Shown here: piece after piece, positions 16,405 through 24,878 of the stretch
Numbering within the stretch: position 1 is the stretch's first letter
Layout: every line of letters begins with the position of its first letter
Assembly: GCA_036269775.1 (NCBI GenBank)
Contig: DATBDU010000035.1
Location: 41,961-105,960, forward strand
Origin: Solirubrobacterales bacterium
GTDB lineage: Bacteria > Actinomycetota > Thermoleophilia > Solirubrobacterales > 70-9
DNA: 64,000 bases
Direction: 5' to 3'
The notes under the pieces: generated by a model
What the model saw: only the letters and a program-made list of their open reading frames with translations
What the model was told of the DNA's origin: nothing
Database searches by the model: none
Position numbers and translations under genes: made by a program

Positions 16405-17244
16405 TCATCCGATGCGCTTCCAGTTCGGCCGCAGGTATGCCTCCTTGAACCCCGCTCGGAGGATGTTGCGGTAGCTGGTCGACGGGCGACCGGGAACCCG
16501 CTCGCCGGTCTCCACGAAGAGCGTTTTGCAGCCGGCGGAGGCCGCGTCGAGGATGCGTTGGCGGAGGAGGGCGAGCTGGCAGCCGCGGCCGCGGGCGGGC
16601 TCGAGGGTGGCGGCGATGCCGAACTCGGCCAGCTCGCCTTGGACGAGCATGGCGGCGCAAGCCTGGGTCATGTCGTCGACGCGGGCGACGTAGCAGCGCC
16701 AGTCACGGTGCCCGGGCAGGTTGGCGAAGAAGGTCGATGCCCAGCCGGGGAGCCCGAAGCCCGTCGCGGCGATCATCCCGAACGGCTCCTGATCGGGGTC
16801 GGTCACCTCGACGACCTCGACGTCCTCGGGGGCGGCGAAGCGCGGGGGATGGGCGTCGCGGACGAACTTCATCCAGGCGTATCCCCTGGCGAAGCCGTTG
16901 TTGGCCAGCCAGCGCTCCGCCGCTTCGGCCTCTGGAAGGCCGGGCGTCACCGGGACGAAGCCGTCGACGCGGCGCGATCTCGTCCACTCGGTGGCGGCGG
17001 CGAGGTGTCCGTCGGCGACGGCGCCGGGCTCGGCCGCGCCGAGAACCAGGTTCATCACTCCCGCGCTCGGCAGCGCGGTCACGATCGAGGCTTGCACCGG
17101 CCCGAAGCTCCTGATCTCGATGCCTTTCTCGCCGGCGATGCCCGTCGGGGCCGACTCCCAGATGTCGCGCCAGAAGCGTCGCTCGACCTGGTCCAGCGTC
17201 CGCCGGTCTTGCTCGACTCCGCCCGCTGTTTCGCCGCTTGCCAT
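16405..17244 (-). CDS. GNAT-family N-acetyltransferase
   Basis: LEPARGRGCQLALLRQRILDAASAGCKTLFVET resembles the acetyl-CoA-binding motif A (R/Q-x-x-G-x-G/A). I start at ATG 17244 (MASGE...). Confidence 0.65.
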   Translation of the reverse strand: MASGETAGGVEQDRRTLDQVERRFWRDIWESAPTGIAGEKGIEIRSFGPVQASIVTALPSAGVMNLVLGAAEPGAVADGHLAAATEWTRSRRVDGFVPVTPGLPEAEAAERWLANNGFARGYAWMKFVRDAHPPRFAAPEDVEVVEVTDPDQEPFGMIAATGFGLPGWASTFFANLPGHRDWRCYVARVDDMTQACAAMLVQGELAEFGIAATLEPARGRGCQLALLRQRILDAASAGCKTLFVETGERVPGRPSTSYRNILRAGFKEAYLRPNWKRIG

Positions 17245-17311
17245 AGCCGATCGCCAGCATAGGTCGCGACCGCGGCGCTGACCAGCCGCGCACATCTGTC
17301 AGCCTGGGCGT

Positions 17312-18781
17312 ATGAGCGTCGCCACCGCAAGCGCAAGCGCCCAGAAAACGGCCCCCCAGATCCCCGAGAACCAGGTGATCGTCTTGTTCGGAGCGACCGG
17401 AGACCTGGCGAAGCGGAAGCTGCTGCCGGGGATGTTCCACCTCTCCCAGGTGGGTTTGATGCCGCGCCGGTTCCGCATCATCGGCGCGGCACGACACGCG
17501 GTCGAGGTTGAGGAGTTCCGTGAGGTTGCCCGCCAGGCCATCGAGGCATCCGGCCGCGAGGATCTCTCTCCGGCGACCTGGGATCCCTTCGCCGAGTCGC
17601 TGCGCTTCATCGGGGTGGGGGACGGATTCGGGGAGCTCGGCGAGGCGGTCGCCGACGCGCGCGAGGAGCTGGGCGAGGAGGCGGGCCTCCTCTACTACCT
17701 CTCGTTGCCACCGAAGGCGGCGGCCGGCACGGTCGAGCAGCTCGGCGCCGCCGGCCTCGGAGCCGGCGCTCGGGTGATCACCGAGAAGCCGTTCGGCACC
17801 GACCTCGTCTCGGCCCGCGAGCTGAACGAGCTGCTGCACTCGGTCTTCGACGAGCGCTGCATCTACCGGATCGATCACTACCTTGGCCGCGAGGCGGTGC
17901 AGAACCTGCTGGCATTGCGCTTCGCCAACGGGATGTTCGAGCCGGTCTGGAACCGCAACCACATCGATCACGTCCAGATCGACATCCCCGAGACGCTCTC
18001 GATCGAGATGCGCGGCAGCTTCTACGAGCAAACGGGTGCCTTCCGCGACATGATCGTCACCCACCTCTTCCAGGTGCTCGGCTTCGTTGCGATGGAGCCG
18101 CCGACCTCGTTCGAGCCCAAAGCGCTGGGCCTGGAGCGGGAGAAGGTCTTCGACTCGATGCCACTGCTGACGCCGGAGAACGTGGTCCGCGGCCAGTACG
18201 CCGGCTACCGCGACGAGGACGGCGTCGCCGCCGACTCCGACACCGAGACCTTCGTCGCGATCAAGGCCTTCATCGACAACTGGCGCTGGGAGGGGGTGCC
18301 GTTCTACCTGCGCTCCGGCAAGCGCCTGGCCGAGAGCCGGCACCTGCTGACGATTGCCTTCGCGCAGCCGCCGCGGCGCATGTTCCCGCTCGACTGCGAC
18401 CAGATCGCCGAGTCCTTCGGCCACGACCACCTGACCTTCGAGCTCGGTGACCCGGGCAGCATCTCGGCCTCCTTCCTCGCCAAGGTCCCCGGCCCGACCG
18501 TCCAGCTCGGCGAGGCGCACATGCGCTTCAGCTACGCCGACACCTTCGGCGGCGCCGAGCAGGCGCTGGACGCCTACGAGCGCCTGATCCATGACGTGAT
18601 GGTCGGCGATCGCACCCTCTTCACCAGCTCCGACGCGATCGAGCGGCTCTGGGAGATCTCCGAGCCGGTCCTGGAGCGCCCGCCCCCGACCCAGACCTAC
18701 GAACCGGGCTCCTGGGGCCCGGCCGCGATCGACGAGCTGATCGCACCGCGCCGCTGGCACCTGCCCAACGATCACGTCTGA
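17312..18781 (+). CDS. zwf: Glucose-6-phosphate 1-dehydrogenase
   Basis: LFGATGDLAKRKLLP (NADP site), the active-site peptide RIDHYLGRE and EKPFG. Confidence 0.92.
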   Translation: MSVATASASAQKTAPQIPENQVIVLFGATGDLAKRKLLPGMFHLSQVGLMPRRFRIIGAARHAVEVEEFREVARQAIEASGREDLSPATWDPFAESLRFIGVGDGFGELGEAVADAREELGEEAGLLYYLSLPPKAAAGTVEQLGAAGLGAGARVITEKPFGTDLVSARELNELLHSVFDERCIYRIDHYLGREAVQNLLALRFANGMFEPVWNRNHIDHVQIDIPETLSIEMRGSFYEQTGAFRDMIVTHLFQVLGFVAMEPPTSFEPKALGLEREKVFDSMPLLTPENVVRGQYAGYRDEDGVAADSDTETFVAIKAFIDNWRWEGVPFYLRSGKRLAESRHLLTIAFAQPPRRMFPLDCDQIAESFGHDHLTFELGDPGSISASFLAKVPGPTVQLGEAHMRFSYADTFGGAEQALDAYERLIHDVMVGDRTLFTSSDAIERLWEISEPVLERPPPTQTYEPGSWGPAAIDELIAPRRWHLPNDHV

Positions 18782-18791
18782 ACCGGGGAAG

Positions 18792-18864
18792 TGGGCGTTA
18801 CTGGGCTCGAACCAGTGACCTCTACCTTGTCGAGGTAGCGCTCTCCCAACTGAGCTAAACGCCC
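18792..18864 (-). tRNA. tRNA-Val (GAC), with an atypical anticodon loop
   Basis: Reverse complement: GGGCGTT TA GCTC AGTTGGGA GAGC G CTACC TCGACAA GGTAG AGGTC ACTGG TTCGAGC CCAGT AACGCCC A. The anticodon is GAC, but position 33 reads C. Confidence 0.75.
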
Positions 18865-19080
18865 GGGAGATCTGAATCTAGCAGCGTGGAAACCGAGGCC
18901 GGGCGACGGTTGCCGCCCGGCTAAAGGTCACCGTCGCATCGGCCGATGCAAGCAGTGCAACTTTTCAGTCCCGCCCGTGTTTATGGGTACGTCGCACGAG
19001 CAGCGACGACTACAACTTCCAAGCTCGAGGACCGACGAGCCAGCGACTTCAACTTCTCTGGTGGCACGTCCTTCGGAAAC

Positions 19081-19104
19081 AAAGGGCCCCTTACGGGGCC
19101 CTTT
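19081..19104. terminator. Bidirectional stem-loop terminator (10-bp stem AAAGGGCCCC/GGGGCCCTTT)
   Basis: Perfect 10-bp stem with loop TTAC and T-rich sequence on both strands. It lies 25 nt downstream of the minus-strand VOC gene stop. Confidence 0.7.
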
Positions 19105-19128
19105 TCCGTTCTGCTCGGGTTGCCCCGG

Positions 19129-19554
19129 CTAGGCGTTCGCCGGCAGCCTCACCTGGGTCAGGCGCAGGCTGTTGCCCGACGGGTCGTGGAGGCCGGCGTC
19201 GATGCCGTACGGGCGCTCTTCGGGGGTCTCGGTGAACTCGACGCCGCGGGCCTTCAACTCCTCGTAGGAGGCCTGGCAGTCGTCGGTGGTCAGGAACAAA
19301 GTTCCGGCAAATCCCTTCGCCATTAGGCCTTCCACTTGCTTAGTGGTCTCGCCGTCCATCAGCGGCGGCCCTGGGATCGCCATCAGCACGATCGCGAAGT
19401 CCTCCTGACCGGGAGGCGCGACGGCGAGCCAGCGGAAGTCACCCATCTCGGGCAGGGTGACGTCGGTGCGGACCTCCATGCCGAGCTTCTCGGTGTAGAA
19501 GGTGAGCGCCTCATCCTGGTCGTGGACCCACAGCTGCGTGTTGGCGATCTTCAT
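19129..19554 (-). CDS. VOC/glyoxalase-bleomycin resistance family protein
   Basis: 141 aa. MKIANTQLWVHDQDEALTFYTEKLGMEV... is typical of the VOC fold. Confidence 0.75.
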   Translation of the reverse strand: MKIANTQLWVHDQDEALTFYTEKLGMEVRTDVTLPEMGDFRWLAVAPPGQEDFAIVLMAIPGPPLMDGETTKQVEGLMAKGFAGTLFLTTDDCQASYEELKARGVEFTETPEERPYGIDAGLHDPSGNSLRLTQVRLPANA

Positions 19555-19591
19555 CGATTTCTCCTTGGTTCGATTTGACTTGGCGCCGATG

Positions 19592-20026
19592 CTAGGCCGC
19601 GGCCGGCGGGCTGTCTTCTCGAAACGTGCGGTGTCGGGGGCGGGCGTTGGCGCGGACGATGCAGGCCGGCACCCGGGCCAGGTCGGAGGCGGGTGGGAAG
19701 GAGGCGCGGTACTCGGTGGGGGTCTTGCCGAAAGCGCGTTTGAAGCTGGTCGTGAAGGAGCCGATCCCCTGCAGGCCGACCGCCAGGCAGACCTCCGCGA
19801 CCGAGTTGTCGGTCGTCCGCAGCAACGCCGCGGCCCGCTCCAGACGCCGGGTCAGCAGGTAGGCGTGCGGCGACTCGCCGAAGGCGCGCCGGAACTCGCG
19901 GCTGAAGTGGGCGCGAGAAAGGCCCGCGGCCCGCGCCAAGTCCTCGACCCCGAGCGGCTCGAAATAGCGCGCATCCGCCAGGTCCTTGGCGCGCAGCAGA
20001 TGGCGGGCGGGAGGGACAAACGCCAT
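19592..20026 (-). CDS. AraC-family HTH transcriptional regulator
   Basis: LARAAGLSRAHFSREFRRAFGESPHAYLLTRRLERAAALL...EVCLAVGLQGIGSFTTSFKRAFGKTPTEYR is the double-HTH AraC signature. Confidence 0.85.
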   Translation of the reverse strand: MAFVPPARHLLRAKDLADARYFEPLGVEDLARAAGLSRAHFSREFRRAFGESPHAYLLTRRLERAAALLRTTDNSVAEVCLAVGLQGIGSFTTSFKRAFGKTPTEYRASFPPASDLARVPACIVRANARPRHRTFREDSPPAAA

Positions 20027-20052
20027 GCCCGCAGTCTAGGCTCGCGGGCCTT

Positions 20053-21918
20053 GTGATCGGGACCTATGCAGCGGTGCTGGCGGTGTGTGTCGCCTCGCTG
20101 GCGATCGGGCAGGCGGCGATCGGGCTCTGCGGCGCCCGGCGCTGGTCGTGGCTCGCGCCGGCGATCGGGCTGGCGTTGCTCTGCGCGGTTTGCTGGGGGA
20201 CGGTGCGGATCGGCGGCGACGGGATCGTCTCGGCGATCGTCGTCGTGGCGCTCACGGTTGCCTCGGTCGCCTATCTCCGGGGGCGGCTGGAGGGTGGGGC
20301 GGAGGCGCTGCGCGCCGGCTGGCCGGTCGCCCTGGTCGCGCTGCTCGCCGCCTCGCTCCCCTTTGCGGTCGAAGGCCACTTCGGGATCCTCGGCACCAGC
20401 TTCAACCCCGACATGTCCCAGCACCTGCTGGCGGCGAACCGCCTGGCCCACGGCCAGGGCTCCCAGCTCCTTCACCAGGGCTACCCCCTCGGTCCCCACG
20501 CCGTGGTCGTCGCCCTCGACAAGGGTCTCGGCATCGGCCTGGTCCAGGGCTTCAGCGGCCTGACCGTCGCCGTCGCGGTGCTGGCGCCGCTCACGGCGCT
20601 CGCCGCCTTCTCGAACCTTCGCCCGATCCCCCGCACGGCCGGAGCCCTCGTGGTCGGCCTCGCCTACGTCGTCGCCTCCTACTTCGCCCAGGGCGCCTTC
20701 AAGGAGACGATCGAGGCACTCATAGTCCTCGCCTTCGCCCTCGCCCTCAGAGAGTCCACCCGCACCTGGCGCGACCTCCCCCTCCGCTTCGTCCCCGCCG
20801 CCCTCCTCGCCGCAGGCGCCGTCTACGTCTACAGCTTCCCCGGCCTGATCTGGCTAATCGGCACCGCCGCCATCTGGGCTCTCCTGGAACTCGCCATCAG
20901 CCGGATGCGCCTGGAGGCGGGAGCCGTGGGGAGGGGGTCCGAGAACGGAGCCAGTTTGCCCCGCCCGCAGGACCCCCTCCCCACGGCTCCCCTCGCCTGG
21001 CCTCCCGTCCTTCTGGCGTCCCTCACCTTCGCCGTCCTGATCGCCCCCGAGATCGGCCGCATGCTGGACTTCCACAGCTTCGAGACCTTCGACCCCAACG
21101 GCCCCGGCCTCGGCAACCTCTTCGGCCAGGTCTCGCCCTTCGAGGCCCTGGGGATCTGGCCCTCCGGCGACTTCCGCCTGGCCCCGGGCGACGGTGCGGT
21201 GCCCGCGGCCGGCTATTACCTCGGTGCCGCCTTCGCCCTCGTCCTGCTGCTCTACGGCGTCGGCCGCAGCTGGCGCCGCCGCGAGTCGGCGGTCCTCGCC
21301 GGCCTGGCCGCCGCGGTGGTGGCTTACGCCGCGGCCCGCGTGGGGGGCACGCCCTACACCGCCGCCAAGGCAATCGAGGTGGGTGCTCCCCTGGTAAGCC
21401 TCGCCATCCTGCTGCCGCTGCTCGACCGGCCGTGCTGGCGGCTTGACCAGCATGCGGCCGAGAGGAGCGCCAACGAACCGCTCCCCGCCCTGGCCGCCGC
21501 GGCCTTCGTCCTCGCCGCCGGCGTCTGCGCGCTGCTGGCGCTCGCCAACGCCCCGGTCGGTCCCCCGTCGTACTCACCCGCCCTGACCGGCCTGCGCCCG
21601 CTGGTGGCCTCCGGGTCGACGCTTGTGATCGCCTCCGACGAGCTGCTCGCCGACCAGCACGGCGTCCCTTACATCTCCTGGGAGCTGCGCGGCGGCCGTG
21701 TTTGCATCTCCTCCGAAAGCGAAGTAGGGGACAGGCCACCTGATGGGGTGCGCTTCGCGATTACCCGCGGCGCGGCCGACCAGCCTCCGTTCCCTGGACT
21801 GCGGGTACGTCGCGTGGCTGTGCCCTATGTCCTCTGGGAATCGACCCGCCCCGTCCACGGTCAGAGCCCATGCCCCCTGATCGCCGTGCGCCAGGCACGC
21901 CAGGGGACCGCCCATTGA
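20053..21918 (+). CDS. Polytopic integral membrane protein with a C-terminal soluble domain
   Basis: 621 aa with many hydrophobic helices. It diverges from the AraC gene with only 26 bp between the starts. Function not recognised. Confidence 0.65.
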   Translation: MIGTYAAVLAVCVASLAIGQAAIGLCGARRWSWLAPAIGLALLCAVCWGTVRIGGDGIVSAIVVVALTVASVAYLRGRLEGGAEALRAGWPVALVALLAASLPFAVEGHFGILGTSFNPDMSQHLLAANRLAHGQGSQLLHQGYPLGPHAVVVALDKGLGIGLVQGFSGLTVAVAVLAPLTALAAFSNLRPIPRTAGALVVGLAYVVASYFAQGAFKETIEALIVLAFALALRESTRTWRDLPLRFVPAALLAAGAVYVYSFPGLIWLIGTAAIWALLELAISRMRLEAGAVGRGSENGASLPRPQDPLPTAPLAWPPVLLASLTFAVLIAPEIGRMLDFHSFETFDPNGPGLGNLFGQVSPFEALGIWPSGDFRLAPGDGAVPAAGYYLGAAFALVLLLYGVGRSWRRRESAVLAGLAAAVVAYAAARVGGTPYTAAKAIEVGAPLVSLAILLPLLDRPCWRLDQHAAERSANEPLPALAAAAFVLAAGVCALLALANAPVGPPSYSPALTGLRPLVASGSTLVIASDELLADQHGVPYISWELRGGRVCISSESEVGDRPPDGVRFAITRGAADQPPFPGLRVRRVAVPYVLWESTRPVHGQSPCPLIAVRQARQGTAH

Positions 21919-21929
21919 GGTGTTGACGG

Positions 21930-21976
21930 ACGAACGATGCCTTTGTCATGCCTGAGATGACAAAGGCATCGTTCGT
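21930..21976 (+). other. Perfect 20-bp inverted repeat (7-nt loop) between the membrane-protein gene and thrS
   Basis: ACGAACGATGCCTTTGTCAT gcctgag ATGACAAAGGCATCGTTCGT. No T-tract follows. Its composition is AT-richer than the surroundings. Confidence 0.8.
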
Positions 21977-22045
21977 GGTCCCGCGTCTTCGGAGACCGAA
22001 GCGCTGGGGACACGCGACTTATCTTGCACGTATCTTGCATGCAGG

Positions 22046-23986
22046 ATGGAGGCCGCAACGGAGAAACTGATCGTCACCCTGCCCGACGGCAAGCCGCTGG
22101 AGCTGCCGGCTGGCGCGACCGGTGCGGACGCCGCTGCGGCGATTGGGCCGGGGCTTGCGAAGGCCGCCCTCGCGATCCGCGTGAACGGCGAGCTGCGCGA
22201 CCTCGCGGCGCCGCTGCCGGAGGCGGGCGCGGAGATCGGGATCGTCACCGACCGCGACCCCGAGGCGCTGGAGCTGATTCGCCACGACGCCGCTCACGTG
22301 CTGGCCGAGGCGGTGGTGGAGCTGTACCCGGGGACGAAGGTGACGATCGGCCCGCCGATCGATTCCGGCTTCTACTACGACTTCGAGTTCCCGGCCGATA
22401 CAAAGATCAGCGAAGAGGAGCTCGGCGAGATCGAGGCGGCGATGCTGGAGCACATCGGCGCCGACGAGGAATTCGGCCGCCGCGACGTGCCGGTCGCCGA
22501 GGCGATCGAGATCTTCAAGGCACAGGACCAGAGCTTCAAGGTTGAGCTGATCGAAGATTTGGTCCGCGACGAAGGCGTCGAGACCGTCTCGCTCTATCGC
22601 AACGGCCTCTTCGAGGACCTTTGCCGCGGTCCGCACGCGCCCTCGACCGGGCGGATCAAGGCGATCAAGCTCAACTCGGTCGCCGGCGCCTACTGGCGTG
22701 GCGACGAGAACCGCGAGCGGCTGACCCGGATCTACGGCACCGCCTTCTTCTCCAAGAAGGATCTCGAGCTGCACCTGGAGCGGATCGAGGAGGCCAAGGC
22801 CCGCGATCACCGCCGCCTCGGCCCGCAGCTGGGCATCTTCATGCTGCGCGACGAGGCGCCGGGGATGCCGTTCTGGCTGCCCAACGGCACCACCCTCCTG
22901 CACCTGATCGAGGATGAGGTCCAGGAGCAGCTGCGCAAGCGCGGCTACCAGGAGATCGCCACCCCGCAGGTGCTCGACGAGCAGCTCTGGCACCGCTCCG
23001 GGCACTGGGACAACTACCGCGACGAGATGTACTTCATGGACGACGGCGAGCGCCGCTTCGCGCTGCGGCCAATGAACTGCCCCGGCGCCTGCCTCGTCTA
23101 TTCCTCCGACCGCCACTCCTATCGCGAGCTGCCGCTGCGGTTGGCCGAGTTCGGCCGCGTCTCCCGCAACGAGCGCGAGGGGGTGCTGCACGGCCTGCTG
23201 CGGGTACGCGCCTTCACCCAGGACGACGCCCACGTCTACTGCACCGAGGATCAGATCACCGACGAGGTGGCGAGCATCTGCGAGGCGATCGACGAGCTCT
23301 ACGCGCGCTTCGGCTTCGACGACGTCCACGTCGAGCTCTCGACCAAGCCGGAGAAGTCGATGGGCAGCGAGGAGCAGTGGGCGAAAGCCGAGGCGGCGCT
23401 GACCGAGGCGCTCGACCGCCAGGGGCGCGAATACGAGTTGAACCCCGGCGACGGTGCCTTCTACGGGCCGAAGATCGACTTCCACGTCACTGACGCGCTC
23501 GGCCGCTCCTGGCAGTGCGGCACCTGCCAGCTCGACTTCCAGATGCCGGAGCGCTTCGACCTCTATTACACCGGTCCCGACGACGCCCCCTACCGGCCGG
23601 TGATGATCCACCGCGCCCTGCTCGGCTCGATGGAGCGCTTCGCCGGGATCCTGATCGAGCACTATGCCGGCCGCTTCCCGGTTTGGCTGGCGCCGGTGCA
23701 AGCGATCGTCCTGCCGATCTCCGACCGCCACAACGAGTACGCGACCAGGGCGATGACGGAGCTGCGCGAACTCGGCGTGCGGGTCGCCCTCGACGACCGT
23801 TCCGAGTCGGTCGGCAAGAAGATCCGCGATGCCGCGATCGGCCGCTACCCGTACATGCTGGTGGTCGGCGACCGCGAGCAGGAGGCCGGCGCCGTTGCCG
23901 TCCGCTCCCACGCCGATGGCGAGCTGGGGCCAATGCCGCTGGCGGAGTTCGCCGGCCGCGTCAAGTCCGAAACGGGCACAGCCTGA
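22046..23986 (+). CDS. thrS: Threonine--tRNA ligase
   Basis: 646 aa with an N-terminal TGS-like region, class II motifs (FRLRPMNCPGA-like RFALRPMNCPGACLVY, GFDDVHVELST) and the anticodon-binding end. Confidence 0.93.
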   Translation: MEAATEKLIVTLPDGKPLELPAGATGADAAAAIGPGLAKAALAIRVNGELRDLAAPLPEAGAEIGIVTDRDPEALELIRHDAAHVLAEAVVELYPGTKVTIGPPIDSGFYYDFEFPADTKISEEELGEIEAAMLEHIGADEEFGRRDVPVAEAIEIFKAQDQSFKVELIEDLVRDEGVETVSLYRNGLFEDLCRGPHAPSTGRIKAIKLNSVAGAYWRGDENRERLTRIYGTAFFSKKDLELHLERIEEAKARDHRRLGPQLGIFMLRDEAPGMPFWLPNGTTLLHLIEDEVQEQLRKRGYQEIATPQVLDEQLWHRSGHWDNYRDEMYFMDDGERRFALRPMNCPGACLVYSSDRHSYRELPLRLAEFGRVSRNEREGVLHGLLRVRAFTQDDAHVYCTEDQITDEVASICEAIDELYARFGFDDVHVELSTKPEKSMGSEEQWAKAEAALTEALDRQGREYELNPGDGAFYGPKIDFHVTDALGRSWQCGTCQLDFQMPERFDLYYTGPDDAPYRPVMIHRALLGSMERFAGILIEHYAGRFPVWLAPVQAIVLPISDRHNEYATRAMTELRELGVRVALDDRSESVGKKIRDAAIGRYPYMLVVGDREQEAGAVAVRSHADGELGPMPLAEFAGRVKSETGTA

Positions 23987-24130
23987 GCGCCGCCGGGTTG
24001 CCAAGCGCGCTTCTGCCTCTATACTCCGGCCGACTTGACTGCAGGCACCTCAAATCACCGCTGCCGCTGAGCACCCCGTGCCTGCGCCCCGACCTCTCGT
24101 CCTCTTGAAGCTCCACCGCTCTACTCGATA

Positions 24131-24763
24131 GTGCCGGTCCCGCGTAGGTTCGATCGGCGCCCACCAGAGCGCGACACCACTCGGATCAACGAGCGCATCC
24201 GCGTACCGCAGGTGCGCCTGATCGGCGCCGACGGCGAGCAGCTCGGCATCGTCGAGATCAACGACGCCCTCAAACGCGCCCAGGACGCCGACCTTGACCT
24301 GGTCGAGGTCGCCGCCGGCTCGAAACCGCCGGTGACCCGCCTGCTCGACTACTCGAAGTACAAGTACGAGCAGGAGCAGAAGCTCAAGCAGGCGCGCAAG
24401 CACCAGCAGCAGGTCAACATCCGCGAAATCAAGCTGCGGCCGAAGATCGCGACGCATGACTACGAGACCAAGAAGGGCCACGTCGAGCGCTTTCTCAAGC
24501 ACCACGACAAGGTCAAGGTCACGATCATGTTCCGCGGCCGCGAGCAGGCCCACCCGGAGCGGGGCAGGGCGCTGCTGCAGAAACTCTTCGAGGACCTCGG
24601 CGGCATCGCCGTGATCGAGTCCGCGCCGCTGCAGGAAGGCCGCAACATGAGCATGCTGCTGGCGCCGAGCAAAGAGGTCGACAAGCTGGACGGGGCGGCG
24701 CCGGAGGGCGAGGCTCCGGCCGAGGCCGCGCCGGCCGACGACTCACCTGCCACTGAGTCCTGA
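24131..24763 (+). CDS. infC: Translation initiation factor IF-3
   Basis: [23 protein letters not shown]...[27 protein letters not shown]. The start is assigned to GTG 24131, but infC genes often use atypical starts, so the 5' end is uncertain. Confidence 0.88.
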   Translation: MPVPRRFDRRPPERDTTRINERIRVPQVRLIGADGEQLGIVEINDALKRAQDADLDLVEVAAGSKPPVTRLLDYSKYKYEQEQKLKQARKHQQQVNIREIKLRPKIATHDYETKKGHVERFLKHHDKVKVTIMFRGREQAHPERGRALLQKLFEDLGGIAVIESAPLQEGRNMSMLLAPSKEVDKLDGAAPEGEAPAEAAPADDSPATES

Positions 24764-24878
24764 GCGTCTATCCCGGTAGGGGTTTCGCTTAACTTTTTCG
24801 AGGGTCGTCTGCCTGCTGTCGCGCGCAACCGCAGTGGCGAAAAAGTGCAAGACGCTTCACCCCTACCGGGATAGACGC
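24764..24878 (+). repeat. Copy 1 of a nested-palindromic intergenic repeat of about 115 bp
   Basis: It fills the whole infC/wecB convergent spacer. The outer 19-bp arms GCGTCTATCCCGGTAGGGG / CCCCTACCGGGATAGACGC are perfectly complementary. The inner modules are shared with 39643-39759 and 39925-40041. Confidence 0.85.

Noticed and set aside
16703-18775. 690-aa minus-strand ORF antisense to zwf and the GNAT gene
   Set aside because: This is a shadow ORF. zwf on the plus strand carries unmistakable G6PDH motifs (RIDHYLGRE), whereas the antisense product is low-complexity and Arg/Gly/Glu-rich.
18946-19326. 126-aa plus-strand ORF between tRNA-Val and the VOC gene
   Set aside because: Its 3' half is antisense to the well-supported VOC/glyoxalase gene and it crosses the bidirectional terminator at 19081-19104. 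The AT-richer 18900-19080 segment with the two related motifs CGACTACAACTTCC and CGACTTCAACTTCT might hold a small RNA, but I found no convincing structure.
21919-22045. T-box riboswitch upstream of thrS
   Set aside because: The leader is only about 125 nt. It contains a single perfect hairpin and no T-box consensus or specifier-loop architecture.
22019-24004. 661-aa minus-strand ORF antisense to thrS
   Set aside because: This is a shadow of a clearly identifiable aminoacyl-tRNA synthetase gene, with no motifs of its own.
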